From positions 30,504,001 to 30,568,000 of the forward strand of contig OX597818.1 in the NCBI GenBank assembly GCA_951406725.2: a stretch of 64,000 nucleotides of DNA. Direction: 5' to 3'. Below the pieces are notes generated by a model that saw only the letters and a list, made by a program, of their open reading frames with translations, did no database searches and was not told where the DNA came from. The DNA is from Octopus vulgaris. Taxonomy: Eukaryota. The position numbers and the translations under genes were made by a program. Shown one piece after another: positions 38,470 to 54,730 of this stretch. Each line of letters starts with the position of its first letter. Position 1 is the first letter of the stretch.

Positions 38470-38990
38470 TGCAGCGTGGAAGGTGTTTATAAGCCATTTA
38501 AGAAACAGACAAAATCTGTTAGATTCACTTCAACATTTAAATTTAATTTGTCAAAATATTTTCATCGCTTTGAGACCGTGACCTGTTCACTGACAAAATT
38601 CTGTGCTGCATCTGAGAAAGTAACAGTTAGTTCATGATATATATGTACGTATATGTATGTGTGTGTATGTATGTATGTGCATATACATGAAATGCTTTGA
38701 TAACTTTAACATGAATAAAGAAGAAAGGAAATATTTACAGTGTGGAAGGTGTTTACAAGCCATTTAAGAAACAGAATCCATTAGATTCACTTCAACATTT
38801 TGTCAGTGAACAGGTCACGGTCTCAAAGTGACGAAAATATTTTGACAAATTAAATTTAAATGTTGAAGTGAATCTAATGGATTTGTGTGTTTCTTAAATG
38901 GCTTATAAACACTTTCTACGCTACAATTGTTTTCGTTCCAGCACATGATCTCAGATCAGGTCACTTGCTATGCAAGTACATCTCCGTAAT
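38470..38990. mobile_element. Inverted pair of PLE-type terminal repeats separated by a microsatellite
   Basis: 38470-38600 is the reverse complement of about 38797-38925; 38689-38985 duplicates 25825-26125. Confidence 0.7.
38799..38849 (+). ncRNA. Candidate minimal type-I hammerhead ribozyme, G3-C8 core variant
   Basis: Stem I UUUGUCA/UGACAAA; core GUGAACA; stem II GUCAC/GUGAC; GAAA; palindromic stem III AAUAUU; predicted cleavage after U38842. Confidence 0.6.
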
Positions 38991-39090
38991 AAATAATAAA
39001 GTAAAAAAAAAAAAACACCAACATTGTTTCCTATAATGAATACATTTTAATTCAGTGGATTTATCCGTATTTTCCTTTTGTCTTTTGTAG

Positions 39091-39186
39091 GCTAGAAATT
39101 TTATGAAAGATCAAATGAAAGTTAAGCATAAAGTATTTTTTTATCATAGTAACTGTAAAATTCCTGGAATTGCTGGCATCTGTGAG
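39091..39186 (+). CDS. THYN1: THYN1 coding exon
   Basis: Acceptor tcttttgtag, donor GAG|gtcagt. Translates ARNFMKDQMKVKHKVFFYHSNCKIPGIAGICE (ARNF..M, FFYHS and PGI.G motifs). Confidence 0.96.
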
Positions 39187-39612
39187 GTCAGTGTTATTGA
39201 TAATAATCTCAATTTCTGTTTCATCTAATACTATTCTGTAACTATTGTCTTATTTTGCACTATTTTATTAAAGTAATACATATCTAAATTTACAAACCTG
39301 CTCAACCCACCTCAGAAATAAGCAATTTATAATTCCATCATAACTCTGTTTCTAAACATTCAAGTTTGCATTATAAATAGCTATTAATTGTACAGTTAAT
39401 TATTTTTACTGTCCATACATATTAAAGTACATGTCCTCTAATTCACTTGTGAACTATTCTTTACATTTTTATGACTGATAATATTTTAAAACGATGAACT
39501 CCCTACAATCTTAACTAATATTGTTTTCAGTAAATCTTCTATTGTATAACAGAATAGAGAAATAAAGGCAAAAAGAAACTATGATTTCTTGTTTATTTCC
39601 TTCTTTTTTCAG

Positions 39613-39674
39613 GTTGTCAAAGAAAGTTATCCTGATCACACAGCATTTGATAAAAAGGACCCACATTATGACAA
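39613..39674 (+). CDS. THYN1: THYN1 coding exon
   Basis: Acceptor ttcttttttcag, donor AA|gtatag (phase 2). Translates VVKESYPDHTAFDKKDPHYD(K). Confidence 0.92.
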
Positions 39675-39809
39675 GTATAGCTAAATTTATAATTTTTAAC
39701 ATTGTCTTTGATCTCAGTTTCATTACTGCCTCTCAATACAGTTATCATTAGATATTACCTGTTAATGTATATGTCTAGTTGTATGAGGTTATATTCGGTT
39801 TTTTTTTAT

Positions 39810-40612
39810 TTCACTTGTTTCAGTCATTTGACTGTGGCCATGCTAGAGCACTGCCTTGAAGGGATTTTAGTCAAATAAATCAACTGCAGGACTTATTTTT
39901 CAGCCTAGTACTTATTCTATCTATCCTTCTCTTTTGCTGAACTGCTAAGTTATAGGGACGTTAACTCACCAACACCAGTTGTCAAACGGTGATGGGAGGG
40001 GACAAACAAAGACACACACCCCTATATATATATATATGCATGTATATATATGTGTGCTTGCGGAGACCTATCGAGTCAAGTACATCAACATCAAAATAAA
40101 AATCAAATGGAAATTGTAGTTGTGATACATACCTGTGCCGGTGGTGCGTAAAAAGCACCATCAAAACGTGGCCGATGCCAGCGCCGCCTTGACTGGCTTC
40201 TGTGCTGGTGGCACGTAAAAAGCACCAACTGACTGTGGCCGCTGCCAGCGTACCCCTGGCACCTGTGCTGATGGCTTGTAAAAAGCACCCACTACACTCA
40301 TGGAGTGGTTGGCGTTAGGAAGGGCATCCAGCTGTAGAAACACTGCCAGATCAGACTGGAGCCTGGTGCAGCCTCCTGGATCCCCAGACCCCAGTCAAAC
40401 CATCCAACCCGTGCCAGCACAGAAAACGGACGTTAAACGATGATGATGATGATATATATATATTTATATATATATATATATATGACAGCCTTCTTTCAGT
40501 TTCCACCTACCAGATCCACTCACAAGGTTTTGCTCAGCCTCAGGCTATAGTAGAAGACACTTGCCCATGGTGCCATGCAGTGGGACTGAACCCGGAGCCA
40601 TGTAGTTGGGAA
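39810..40612 (-). mobile_element. Old SINE family 1 copy split by a +strand RTE 3'-end insertion (about 40050-40455)
   Basis: The SINE halves flank an RTE tail inserted in the internal TA microsatellite. Confidence 0.8.
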
Positions 40613-41539
40613 TATCTTTTAGTCAGAATGCAGAAGTGGTCATGATTTGTGCACTCCTCAATAGTAAGAATTAATGTAAGTGATATCCAGCCTGAACATC
40701 TACAAGGAAAACAAAATAAATTCTAATTTTTATTTTGGGGATACAGCATGGCCAAAACAAAAATCCAGCTTATAAAGAATGAACTATATTTTAACAGCAA
40801 TATGTTAATTAAGACAAGGAGATGCATGAAAGAGCATGTTATACTTTAGGGCAAATTACATTAACATACATGGACTGTACCGTTTCTATTTAATGGTTTC
40901 TGTCATGAAGAAGGGACAATGCATGATCTTTACAAGCTCTACCACACTAGTCAGATTGGGACTTGTTGATATTCAGGCTGTACCTATGAGAAAAAGAGAG
41001 GGAGAATTCCAAAAGCTTGATGTCCTAAGGAGAAAGGCCTGAGAAAAGTAGTGTGGGTTTTGGGAGAAGAGACAGAAATAATAGCAAGAGAAAGAATGAT
41101 AGACAGGCTTAAGGATGGAAAATATGCAACTAGTTATCTCTCCAATATAGAGAATGTTGTAGTAATGGTAGAAAAGAGGCAAAATAAGAAGATAGTCTGT
41201 AGGACAGAAGTTGAAGTGTGTTGAGAAGTCTTTAATTATCCAGATGGCTTTCTTGTGGGTACAATTCTGGGATTTTTGTATATAATAGTTGAAAGTTTGA
41301 GCTGTGCGAATAGCTATTGTTGATTTCACAGGAGTTTTGTAGGTTTTTACTTGAGAGAAAAGCTAGTCTTAGGGTAAGGTTTATTTTTACTATATTAAAG
41401 ATGTGAGATTGACAGCAGAAAGATTGTAGGTTCTAGCATGCATAGTGACTGAGGGTTTTAGTTGAAGGTATGAAATGGAGGATGGCTTCTTTTTATCATT
41501 GAGCTGATATATATATATATATACACACATACATACATA

Positions 41540-43420
41540 CTAGCTGAAATACCCAGCATTGCCCAAGTTAATAACTCAGAGGATAGAATTAACAGTAGTA
41601 TCAAAAAGCTCTTTGTCTAACTTATAGTAAATATTTTCAAAAAAAAAAAACACTCAGCAAAATTTCAGCCTAAGAACACTTTGTAGACATTTTTATTTTT
41701 CTTCTTTTAAGAATATAGTTTGATATCCATATTCCAAACATATGTAAGTTCAATTCTGTAAAAAATTTTATTTGCAGAATTGCAATATCTGGTATTTAAC
41801 CCTTTAGTATTTAAACCGGCCATATCCGGCCAAAATATTTAATCTGTTTTATGTTCAAACTGACCAGATCCAGGCTCTCACACCTACCCTACAATGTTAT
41901 TCTACATTAAGTAATTACACCATCAAGATCTTGAAGATATGGGATAATGCATGATTAATTCAAATCAATGTGAATCAATAAGCATTATGTTTGATACAAT
42001 AATCTGAACGCTAAAGGGTTAAGACATAGAAAATGGACAAGTACACACATGCGCACACACACACACATATCAGGGCTACCTGGTATTACTCGGGTGCCAG
42101 CCGCCATATGATACTGTTTAGCCAAGCTAAATACATTTTTGCATTTCATTTTTAAGATGTCTATTTTCGGCCCATGTCCTTTCGCATCTCAATTGCAGTA
42201 TGGTATTTGTTCATCTTATTTACTATTTATTCTAAATCTAGAATTTCCTTATAAACAGTGTTACATGTTTTTCCAGAAGGAGCATATATAAAAAAAATTG
42301 CATGCACTTCCAACTTTTCTACATGCTACATACAGTTGCTCATGAGAAAAACAATGTTCTTTGAGTTGTAGCCCAGCAACATATAATGTTTGTTCCTGTA
42401 ATTTATTTATAGACATAGTAAAGCTGAATTTCACTGGAAATTGTAGCCTTTTAAGTACAAAAGGTATTTCTGTGTCAAATGGTATCAAAGTTACTCTCAG
42501 TATAAGTGAACTTCCTCCCTCTCCTCCTTCCCCCATCCATGTGTGTGTGTGTGTGTGTAGGGTTGTATTTCTCTATATATATGTATGTACCTACATAAGT
42601 AAATATATATGTGTGTGTGTGTGTAAGCACACACAAGCATCTGTGTATGTATATATACATGTGTGTATATGTACATATATTTGTGTATGTATGTGAGTGC
42701 GTGCACATATCTGTGTGTATATATATGTATGTGTATGTATACATACATACACACACATACACATATATATACACATACACTAGCTGAAATACCCGGCGTT
42801 GCCCAAGTTAATGACTCTGAGAATAGAATTAACAGTAACATTGCAAAGCTCTTTATCTTACAGTAAATATTCTCAAAATGAAAAAAACACTTAACGAAAT
42901 TTCAGACTAAGAACGCTTTGTAGACCTTTTTATTTTTCTTCCTTTAAGAATATAGTTTGATATCCATATTCCAAACACATGTAAGTTCAATTCTGTAAAA
43001 TTTTCTACACAAATTAAAATCTTTTGAATACCTTTTCAATTTCTGTTTAAACTAACCCTTACCTTATCTCAAAATTGTAATCCTAAATGCTAACATGAAG
43101 CCCTAATGTTAAATGCTAACCCTCTGCTCTAACTTTAAAACTTAATCCAAGATCCTAATCCTAATTTTATCCCTAAAATCTAAACTACAATACAAACCCT
43201 GGTATTAAATCCTTAACCCGACCCCCAATGCTAGTCCTTAATTTTTGTGTGGAATCATGATCTTCTATGTTTGAAACATACTGTAAAAAAAATCTGGAAC
43301 GTTAAGATACCATACATAACTTTAAAATTAAGCAGGACAAAAAAGTGACAAGCAAATGCAATGTTGAAAAATTTAATGCTGAATTGCAATATCTGGTATT
43401 TAAAACATAGAAAGCGAAGT
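41540..43420 (-). mobile_element. Tandem Helitron-derived segments: two copies of end A (41540, 42780) and a PIF1 C-terminal fragment (42070-42505)
   Basis: ctagctgaaatacccggcgttgcccaag ends; ORF 42261..42536 FVLKRLQFPVKFSFTMSINK.Q.QTL..AGLQL...CFSHEQLYVA corresponds to PIF1 motifs V-VI. Confidence 0.8.
41800..42018. mobile_element. piggyBac-type MITE, TTAA TSD
   Basis: ttaa|ccctttag...ctaaaggg|ttaa; the paralogous empty site ggtatttaaaacatag is at about 43395-43410. Confidence 0.88.
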
Positions 43421-43425
43421 GTATG

Positions 43426-43471
<46 letters not shown>

Positions 43472-43504
43472 AGAAGGTTTGGAGGTGATGTACAGGTATT
43501 ATAT

Positions 43505-46850
<3,346 letters not shown>

Positions 46851-47067
46851 CTAAAAATATATGTTAAGTTAGTAAAGAAATATATAAATATGGAATTATT
46901 TCTATATTTTCTGTCCCTCTATTGTGTAAAATTTTTTGACAATACTGAATGTATTCAGAAATATTCTTCTTAGTGCGCTTTAAAATAACTCTATAATGTG
47001 TTTATACAGCAGGTAAATGCTTTATACTATATGATTTCACTCTCCCTACCCCATATATATGTTTTAA

Positions 47068-47428
47068 TATATAAAGGGATTGGCATTTGCTGGTTACATA
47101 TGTGATTGTCCTTAGCTGACATCTAAGATTAGTAAAGCTTGAATACATATACACATACGCATGCATACACACCCACATATATATTCATATATATATATAT
47201 ATATATATCTATATATATATGAATATATATGTGGGCATGCGTATGTGTGTATATGTATTCAAGCTTTACTAATATATATATATATGAATATATATGTGGG
47301 TGTGTATGCATGTGTATATGTATTCAAGCTTTACTAATCTTAGATGTCAGCTAAGGACAATCACATATGTAACCAGCCATGAAGAACAAATCGGCAGTAC
47401 AAAGAAATCAAATGCCAATCCCTTTAAA
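47068..47428. repeat. Long inverted repeat centred on a TA microsatellite, with an internal tandem duplication
   Basis: gctggttacatatgtgattgtccttagctgacatctaagattagtaaagcttgaatacatat... recurs as its reverse complement at about 47280-47378. Confidence 0.88.
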
Positions 47429-48231
47429 ATGGCTATCACTTTAACAGTAGCAGAATCGCCATTCCACTACATTTACACATTCAAAGCAGTTTGCCAATGG
47501 TCCTTCAGCAACAACACACCTTTGATGGGCTCAGTGACTACTACTAAAGGCAGAGAGGATGTTCTTGAAGCCAAGGATTTTGAACAATATTTACATATCA
47601 CCTGGGAAGCAGTTACATAATCAAGTACCTGTACACCTCGGGTACAACATTGCATGGAAACAATTGTAGTGATTAAAAAATAAATGTCCAACCGTACTCT
47701 TTGTTGTTGACTCTGATTTTTTCCATTATCTATTCACACTCAACAAATACCCCAAAACATGGAAGTACATATAATACTACTACTAGATAGCACAGGGCAA
47801 ATCTGAAGGTGGACGAGCTTTATACTGCACTCAGCTACATTCTTAACAGAATATACCATAACTCTATAGATATAACTGGCACTCTGTTGGTTATGATGAC
47901 GAGTGTTCCAGTTGATCCAATCAAAGGAACAGCCTGCTCATAAAATTTATGTGCAAGTGGCTGAGTTTACATGGGTACCCTTAACATAGTTCTCATTCAC
48001 AGGGAGATTCAGAATGTGACAAGGCCAACCCTTTGAAATACAGGTACTACTCATTTTTGCCAGCTGAGTGGACTGGAGCAATGTGAAATAAAGTATCTTG
48101 CTCAAGGATACAATTTGCCACTGGGTATCAGACTCAGGATCTTACAATCATGAGCCAAATATCCTAACTATTAAGCGACACATGCCTTCACACATACACA
48201 CACACATATATTATCATCATCATTATTATTA

Positions 48232-48737
48232 CCGTAAATCCTCGAGTATAATACGCAGGGGATTTTTATGGGGCTGTACCTCTGAAAAACCTAAACCTTG
48301 TGTATAATACACACTCCTTCTCTAACTTGAGTCGTGCGTAATTAAGCTAGCAGCTCCTAGTTGAACAAACACTTCCGTGCATGCGTAATACAATAATGGT
48401 GATGTTCTTAACTGTTATATGGGAATGTAAATATGTTTCCAAATTGTTTTTGTTACATGTTATTCTGTGTTCTGAATACTTATATTTTAATAAATGTTGC
48501 TTACTGCAAGTTATGGGTGATTCTTTTAGGACTTCATTGCTTTCAGGCTTAGCTTAAGGTATTTTCGCGCCCGACATCACAAAATGCGTCTGAATAAACA
48601 TTGCCGGTCAGCAAATAGAGGCACAGACATTGCTTAGAAAATATTTTTCATTTTTAACCTCATATATAATACGCACTAGGGATTTTGACCTTTAAATTTT
48701 AGGGAAATAAATGCAGATTATACTCAAGGATTTACTG
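48232..48737. mobile_element. pogo/Tigger-like (Tc1/mariner) MITE, TA TSD, inserted in an RTE-type tail
   Basis: ta|ccgtaaatcctcgagtataatacgca...tgcagattatactcaaggatttactg|ta. Confidence 0.82.
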
Positions 48738-50216
48738 TATTTAATGTCTGTTTTCCATGCTGGTGTGGATTGGATGGTTTGATAGGAGCTGGCAATCCAG
48801 AGGACTGCACCAGGCTCCATTGTCTGCATTTGCATGGTTTCTATGGCTGGATGCCTTTCCTAAAACTAGTTACTTTACAGAGTCTACAGAGTGTTTGTTG
48901 CATGGCACCAGTACCAGCAAAGACCACCAAGTGACTCACAACCCAAGACCCCACTCAACTAAGTGAGGGACACAAATTGAGTGAGGTGGCTTTGTATCAG
49001 GTGATGATGGTGGGACTGACTCATATGCATAAAATATGATGATAGCTGCCCACTTATGACCGAGGAAAACCAACACCAACCATTAAGAACCTTGTGCACT
49101 CAGACAAAATTATACTTTACATTTGTGGCTCTGCTTGTGACTAATGGACCTGTGCACAGGTCCACAAATATTGCCAACCAAATATACATACTTACATACA
49201 CACATACACAAATGTGTGGGTTCAATTACACAAGCTTTGCTTTTAAAAGCTGAATTTGAAAAAAATTTGTAAATACCTCTATATTTTAAAGATTCACTGA
49301 ATTAGTTGTGGGCGTTTTATTTTTTGCGTACCGTACATTGTGGAGTTCCATCATTGTTTGCTTATTATTTTATAAATATTTACAATTTAAAAAAAATTAA
49401 TAAAACAATTTTATTTTAACTGTTTGAATGAATTAATCTGTGTCATGTGATTTAACTGATATTTGTAAACAAAAATATAATTGTTATTGTGATTATTTAA
49501 TGCTAAAAGTATGCATTCTGTTAGAATGCAAAATTCAACAAACTAGCACTATAAGAAGTTCATGAGTTGAATAGCAATGATTTTGCAAATATATACATGT
49601 ATTGCACTAACAAATAATCCTATAATATGTGGTAATGCTATAGAATTCTGATTAATTAAAATAAAATAATTAACAATGGTTAATGTGCTGAATAGAAATC
49701 TGTTCAAAATATTTTATAAATCTTCAGGTTTATAATGTTTGCAGAGGTTATTTTTTTTTTTATAATTCAAACTTGTTTTTTTTTCCTCTTGATTTTCCAG
49801 TTTTCTAAAAATTGTTTTCAAAAAGATATATGTTCTTAAGCAAGGAACCCATTTTACTTTCTGTTGTAACTTCTTAGAAGAGAAAAAATAGGTGCCAGCC
49901 ATTTGTTCTCTAAACCAAATCCAAAGGAAAATTTGAGCTCTCTCTTGTGAAGTATCTCCTTAGTGTTTACTTTAGGTGAACCAGGCCTTCTTAATGAGCA
50001 CAGTGAAATGCTTTATGAACACACTTAAAAAAAAGTATTCATCAATGAGTGGGGCATCTCAACCAATGAAGAGTTAAATCTAAGGCTGAAATGTAATGAT
50101 AAAATCTGCATTGTTAAAAGTTGCATAATTTTTGTTTAGATTGAATCAGAGTCTAACTATTTTGGTAAGGAAATATTTATTCATAAAGTATTGTTTTTCT
50201 TATATTTTTGCTTTAG

Positions 50217-50401
50217 GTCATCAGATCCTGCTAACCCTAAATGGTTTATGGTTGACGTGAAATATATTCGAACATTGAACAATTTTATACCTCTTTCACT
50301 ACTTAAGGAATATCATTTCAAACACAAAGCAAATGGTGGTCCATTAAAGAATCTGGCTTTATTTTGCCAAGCAAGACTTTCAGTCCAACCAATTAGACAA
50401 G
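50217..50401 (+). CDS. THYN1: THYN1 coding exon
   Basis: Acceptor tttttgctttag, donor G|gtacaa. Translates SSDPANPKWFMVDVKYIRTLNNFIPLSLLKEYHFKHKANGGPLKNLALFCQARLSVQPIRQ (P.W.MVDV and RLSVQP motifs). Overlaps ORF 50191..50451. Confidence 0.96.
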
Positions 50402-52072
50402 GTACAAAGAAATGTTTCATACTTCACAACTCAAAGGAAATTGTACACTAATATAACTAGCCTTTGTTTATTCTTGAAATCATTTTTTCAGGATATTCTA
50501 CAATCAGTTCTCATTGAAAACAAAGAATTTTTCATAACTGATGGACAATGGATGTTAAATGATGATGATGAAATGTAGAGAAGAACAAACAACTTCATCA
50601 GTATCATTATCATCATTTAACATCCATGTTCCATGCTGGCATATTGGATGGTTTGACTGGATCTCATGTATCCAAGGTTTGCATTAGATTCCAGTGTCTG
50701 CTTTGACATGGTTTTTATGGCTGGATGTTCTTCCTAATGCCAACCACTTTACAGTGTATATTGGATGCATATAAAAGTAGAGACTGGCATATAATCTACT
50801 CTTGAAAATATGCTTGTAAAAATACAAATGAACCTTGTGTTCTAAAGTAGGGCTATGTTAATGTCTCACATGGTAATTAGCTTAAAATAAAAGGTTTTAG
50901 GCATCCACTATAAGAGTTGTTCATATTATGAGAAAGATAAAGTTTAAGTTAGTAGCCCATGGAAGAATTAACTTATGATAATCATTCTGATTGTGAGAGT
51001 TAGCTGGCACAAGAGTAGCCAATGCTGGCCAATAGAAATATTCATTGTGTAACCATTGTCATCCTTTAAAGTTCACTTTTTGTGCTAATGTAGATCACAT
51101 TGTAATGACCTGAGACGAGGAGGTTATGTTTTGCACATATGCTTTATTTTGTCATGGGTTCTAACTGGATTCCCTTCCTAACACCAACCGCTTTACAGAA
51201 TGTGTTGGGTGTAGTTTATCGTTGTAATAACATACATCATATGTTATCATCTCTTTCAACCCTATGTTGTCATTACTTGTGGCACCAGCATTAGTGAAGT
51301 TACCTTGTACTCTGCAAGTGAAAGAGAGTGGTGTTTCTCACCACTATACATAGTCACCATTCAGGTCAGTGGTACCAACAGAGTAGGTAAAATATGGGGT
51401 GAAAGCTGAAGACGAATGAAGGTGGGAAGGGAGAAAGAAGCAAGAGTGTGAGTGGTGAGCAGTGATCAAATGACAGTGTATAGGGAGTGAGAAATGAGAG
51501 ACAGACAGTGTTAAGAATGATGAGGAGAGTTTCATAGTAGGCAGACAGCAATGACAGTGTAATGAGAGACAATAATTATGGAGAGAGAAGTGAGAGAGAG
51601 CCAGTGAAGTATATCTATAATTAGTGGTTTGGGGAGGTTCAGTGGTGGCTAATATTATAGAAAGGTAAAATTTAGAGAATAAGGGATGTCAATAAATGTG
51701 ACTTGAGGGGAGAGTTAAGGGGGTGGGGCAGTATGTTTCTGTATAAGTTATTCTTCCAATTCAGTGTTAGTCATGGTATTGGTTTATATTTGTTCAAGGT
51801 ACATCTAATAACTGAATGAGATGTCTGAAGAGACCTTCTGCTAATCTAAGAAACTTTTATTGGTTTTAACTGTTGTTACTTGGTGATGAAGTACAAAATA
51901 AGTTACAGAAAAGAGTATTAAATATGAAGTATACTACAAATGATATATATATATAGATAGATAGATAGATATTGATAAAAATGGTAAGATAACAAAAGAA
52001 AGAAAGAGACCTCGATATGTAAATAGAGGAATTTATCTGTAAAAGTAATATGTGACAATTATTCGGTAGCAA

Positions 52073-52135
52073 AGATAAAACTCCAAGTTTCGGATGCCGA
52101 GGTGGAAATCCACGCCACCATCTCTTCAGTTATCC
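52073..52135 (-). ncRNA. Type-I hammerhead ribozyme motif with canonical core
   Basis: GGAUAA-CUGAAGA-[GAUG..GUGG AUUU CCAC..CAUC]C-GAAA-CU UGG AG-UU^UUAUCU: stems I, II and III and a GUU cleavage triplet are all present. Confidence 0.72.
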
Positions 52136-52738
52136 GGCCATCGGAAATCTATATAAAAAATATATAGACAGATATATAATAACAGTTACTATTGTGTAAA
52201 GTTTTGTGGATGGTGGAGACATTCACCTTATCAAATATGCAGAGATAAAGTGAAGAGAATTTAAAAGAAATTTATAATGGTTTCTGGGTTTTTAAGCTTG
52301 ATAAGATCAGGTCATATAGCTGTTTATGCTATGAAAGTAACATCAGTTATTTTTTAAGATAGGATGTTATCTAATGTAGAATTTGGCTGCTGCAGAATGA
52401 GTGACTACATAAATACTGCTAATTTATCTTGATGGTAGTGGTTGATAAGAGTGGTGGAGATTGGTAGTGCTACATGGACAATAGTTATACCTGTACATAG
52501 ATGTTTGAAATAAAATAGAGATAGAATTTTACAGTTGAGAGTTTGTACACATACAACTTTAACAATTGTTCTACCTCATTTTATTGTGTAATGATGAAAT
52601 CCAGTTAATGTATTTTAAATGTGAGAACTCAAATCTGAGACCTTGATATTTATAACAAGCATTCTCCTTTATACTACTAGTTTTATTATTTCTAATCATT
52701 CTTTTTTTTTTTTTTTTTTTGCATATTATTGTGAACAG

Positions 52739-52782
52739 AAGAATGGGATTTCATTATGACACTTGAAAAGAAAGAAACTTGA
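52739..52782 (+). CDS. THYN1: THYN1 last coding exon with TGA stop
   Basis: Long poly-T tract followed by gtgaacag acceptor. Translates (E)EWDFIMTLEKKET*, matching the THYN1-type C-terminus. Phase 1 fits the previous exon. Confidence 0.93.
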
Positions 52783-52785
52783 AAC

Positions 52786-53053
52786 AATAAAATATTTCAC
52801 TAATTTAATTGACATGACATTGAAAATAGATTGTAAGCTAAATATTTTATATGTCAGAATTTTTTTTATAAACTAATACTAGTTATGTATGTGAATGTTA
52901 TCACCCAATGTTCATCCTATATAAAATTGTATTTTTCACTTTATTATATTTTATATTTTCAAATGTCATTTTCCTTTTTAACTTTCTTCATTTATCCCAT
53001 CATTGTCACTTTTCTTTCTCCACTCTCACAATGCTGTTATTTGTATAAATAAA
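52786..53053 (+). terminator. Candidate THYN1 polyadenylation signals in the AT-rich 3' UTR
   Basis: AATAAA at 52786-52791 and 53048-53053. Which one is used cannot be determined from sequence. Confidence 0.45.
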
Positions 53054-53988
53054 AGATATCCAAACCATCAACTTTATTCCAATATATGTATGTTTTAGTT
53101 ACAATAGGTAATGGAATATTTCATCATTATCAAATATAGTGTCAAAACTGGTCGTAGATCCAACATAATGATATAACAAATATTTAATCTTTTAGTATGT
53201 AAACTGGCCATATCTGGCCCGAATATTCTATTTCTTTTTATGTTTAAACCAGCCAGATCTGGCCTCTCATACCTACCCTACAATTACTTTAAAAAAGTAA
53301 AGCTCTTTTTCTTATGTCTTTCTATCTGTAAGGTTAGAGGTCCATAACCAAAGAAATTTGGGTAGTTTTTTTATGTGGAATTCACTGAGAAAGCAAGATG
53401 GTCTCAGGAGTTTAGGCATTGACAGTATGGCAGAAAAATAAATTTATTTATTGTAGAATTTTTGATCAGTTGTAGTTTTGTTTATTTGTATGCTATGGTT
53501 GAAATGGTAGTTCACTTTATTAATATTACTTTCTCATATCATCATCATCATCATTTAGCATCTGCTTTCCATGTTGGCATGGGTTAGACAGTTTCACTGA
53601 AGCTGGCAAGCTGGAGGGGTATACCAGGTTCCAGTCTGATTTGGCGTGGTTTCTACTGCTGGGTGCCTTCCTAATGCCAACCACTACAAGTAGTCATCAC
53701 TACAATTTCACTTGGCTTGACAAATTTTCTCAAGCATGGCATATCGCAAAGGCCTCAGTCACTTATCATTGCCTCCGTTAGGCCCAATGTCCAAAGGGTA
53801 CTTTTTATATAACACCAACACCAGCCATGGCCACGATTTCACTTGGCTTGACAGGTTTTCTCAAACACGGCATATCACCAAAGGTCACAATCACCTATCA
53901 TTCATTGCCTCCTTGAGGCCCAATGTTTGAAGGATGCTTTTTACATGCCACCAGCATCAGCCATGACTACAATTTCATATATACATAT

Positions 53989-54025
<37 letters not shown>

Positions 54026-54026
54026 C

Positions 54027-54342
54027 ACGTGCCGGTGGCACGTAAAAAGCACCATCTGAACATGGCCAATGCCAGCTCCGCCTTCACTGGCTTCCATGCT
54101 GGTAGCACATAAAAAGCACCAATCCGATCGTGGCTGTTGCCAGCCTCGCCTGGCACCTGTGCCGGTAGCATGTAAAAAGCACCCACTACACTCACGGAGT
54201 GGTTAGTGTTAGGAAGGGCATCCAGCTGTAGAAACACTGCCAGATCAGACTGGAGCCTGGTGCAGCCTTCTGGCTTCCCAGATCCCCGGTCGAACCGTCC
54301 AACCCATGCTAGCATGGAGAACGGACGTTAAATGATGATGAT
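54027..54342 (+). mobile_element. RTE 3'-UTR/tail fragment
   Basis: Hairpin units and (GAT)n tail, inserted in a TA microsatellite. Confidence 0.88.
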
Positions 54343-54349
54343 ACATATA

Positions 54350-54730
54350 TCTTTTACTTGTTTCAGTTATTAGACTGCAGCAATACTGGTACACCGCCTT
54401 GAAGAAATTTTAGTTGAATGAATCAACCCCAGTACTTAATTTTATTAAGCTTGGTACTTGTTTTGTTGGTCTCTTTTACTGAACCACTAAGTTACAGGAA
54501 TGTAAACACACCAACACTGGTTGTCAAGTGGTGGTTGGGGCACAGACACAAAGACATATATATATATACAACGGGCATCGCATCTTTCAGTTTCCATCTA
54601 CCAAATATGCTTACAAGACTTCAGTCAGCCCCAGGGTAGAGTAGAAGACACCCAAGGTGCCACTCAGTGGGGCTCAACCCAGAACCATGTTGTAGGGAAG
54701 CAAGCTTCTTACCACACAGTCATACCTGCA
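54350..54730 (-). mobile_element. Older SINE family 1 copy
   Basis: Diverged reverse-complement copy. Confidence 0.75.

Noticed and set aside
43040-43240. Interstitial telomeric repeats
   Set aside because: Only degenerate (A)CCCTAA-like words inside a Helitron-derived segment, not a true (TTAGGG)n array.
51825-51860. CTGAAGAG...GAAAC hammerhead-like words on the + strand
   Set aside because: No stem II or stem I pairing could be built; at best a heavily decayed remnant.
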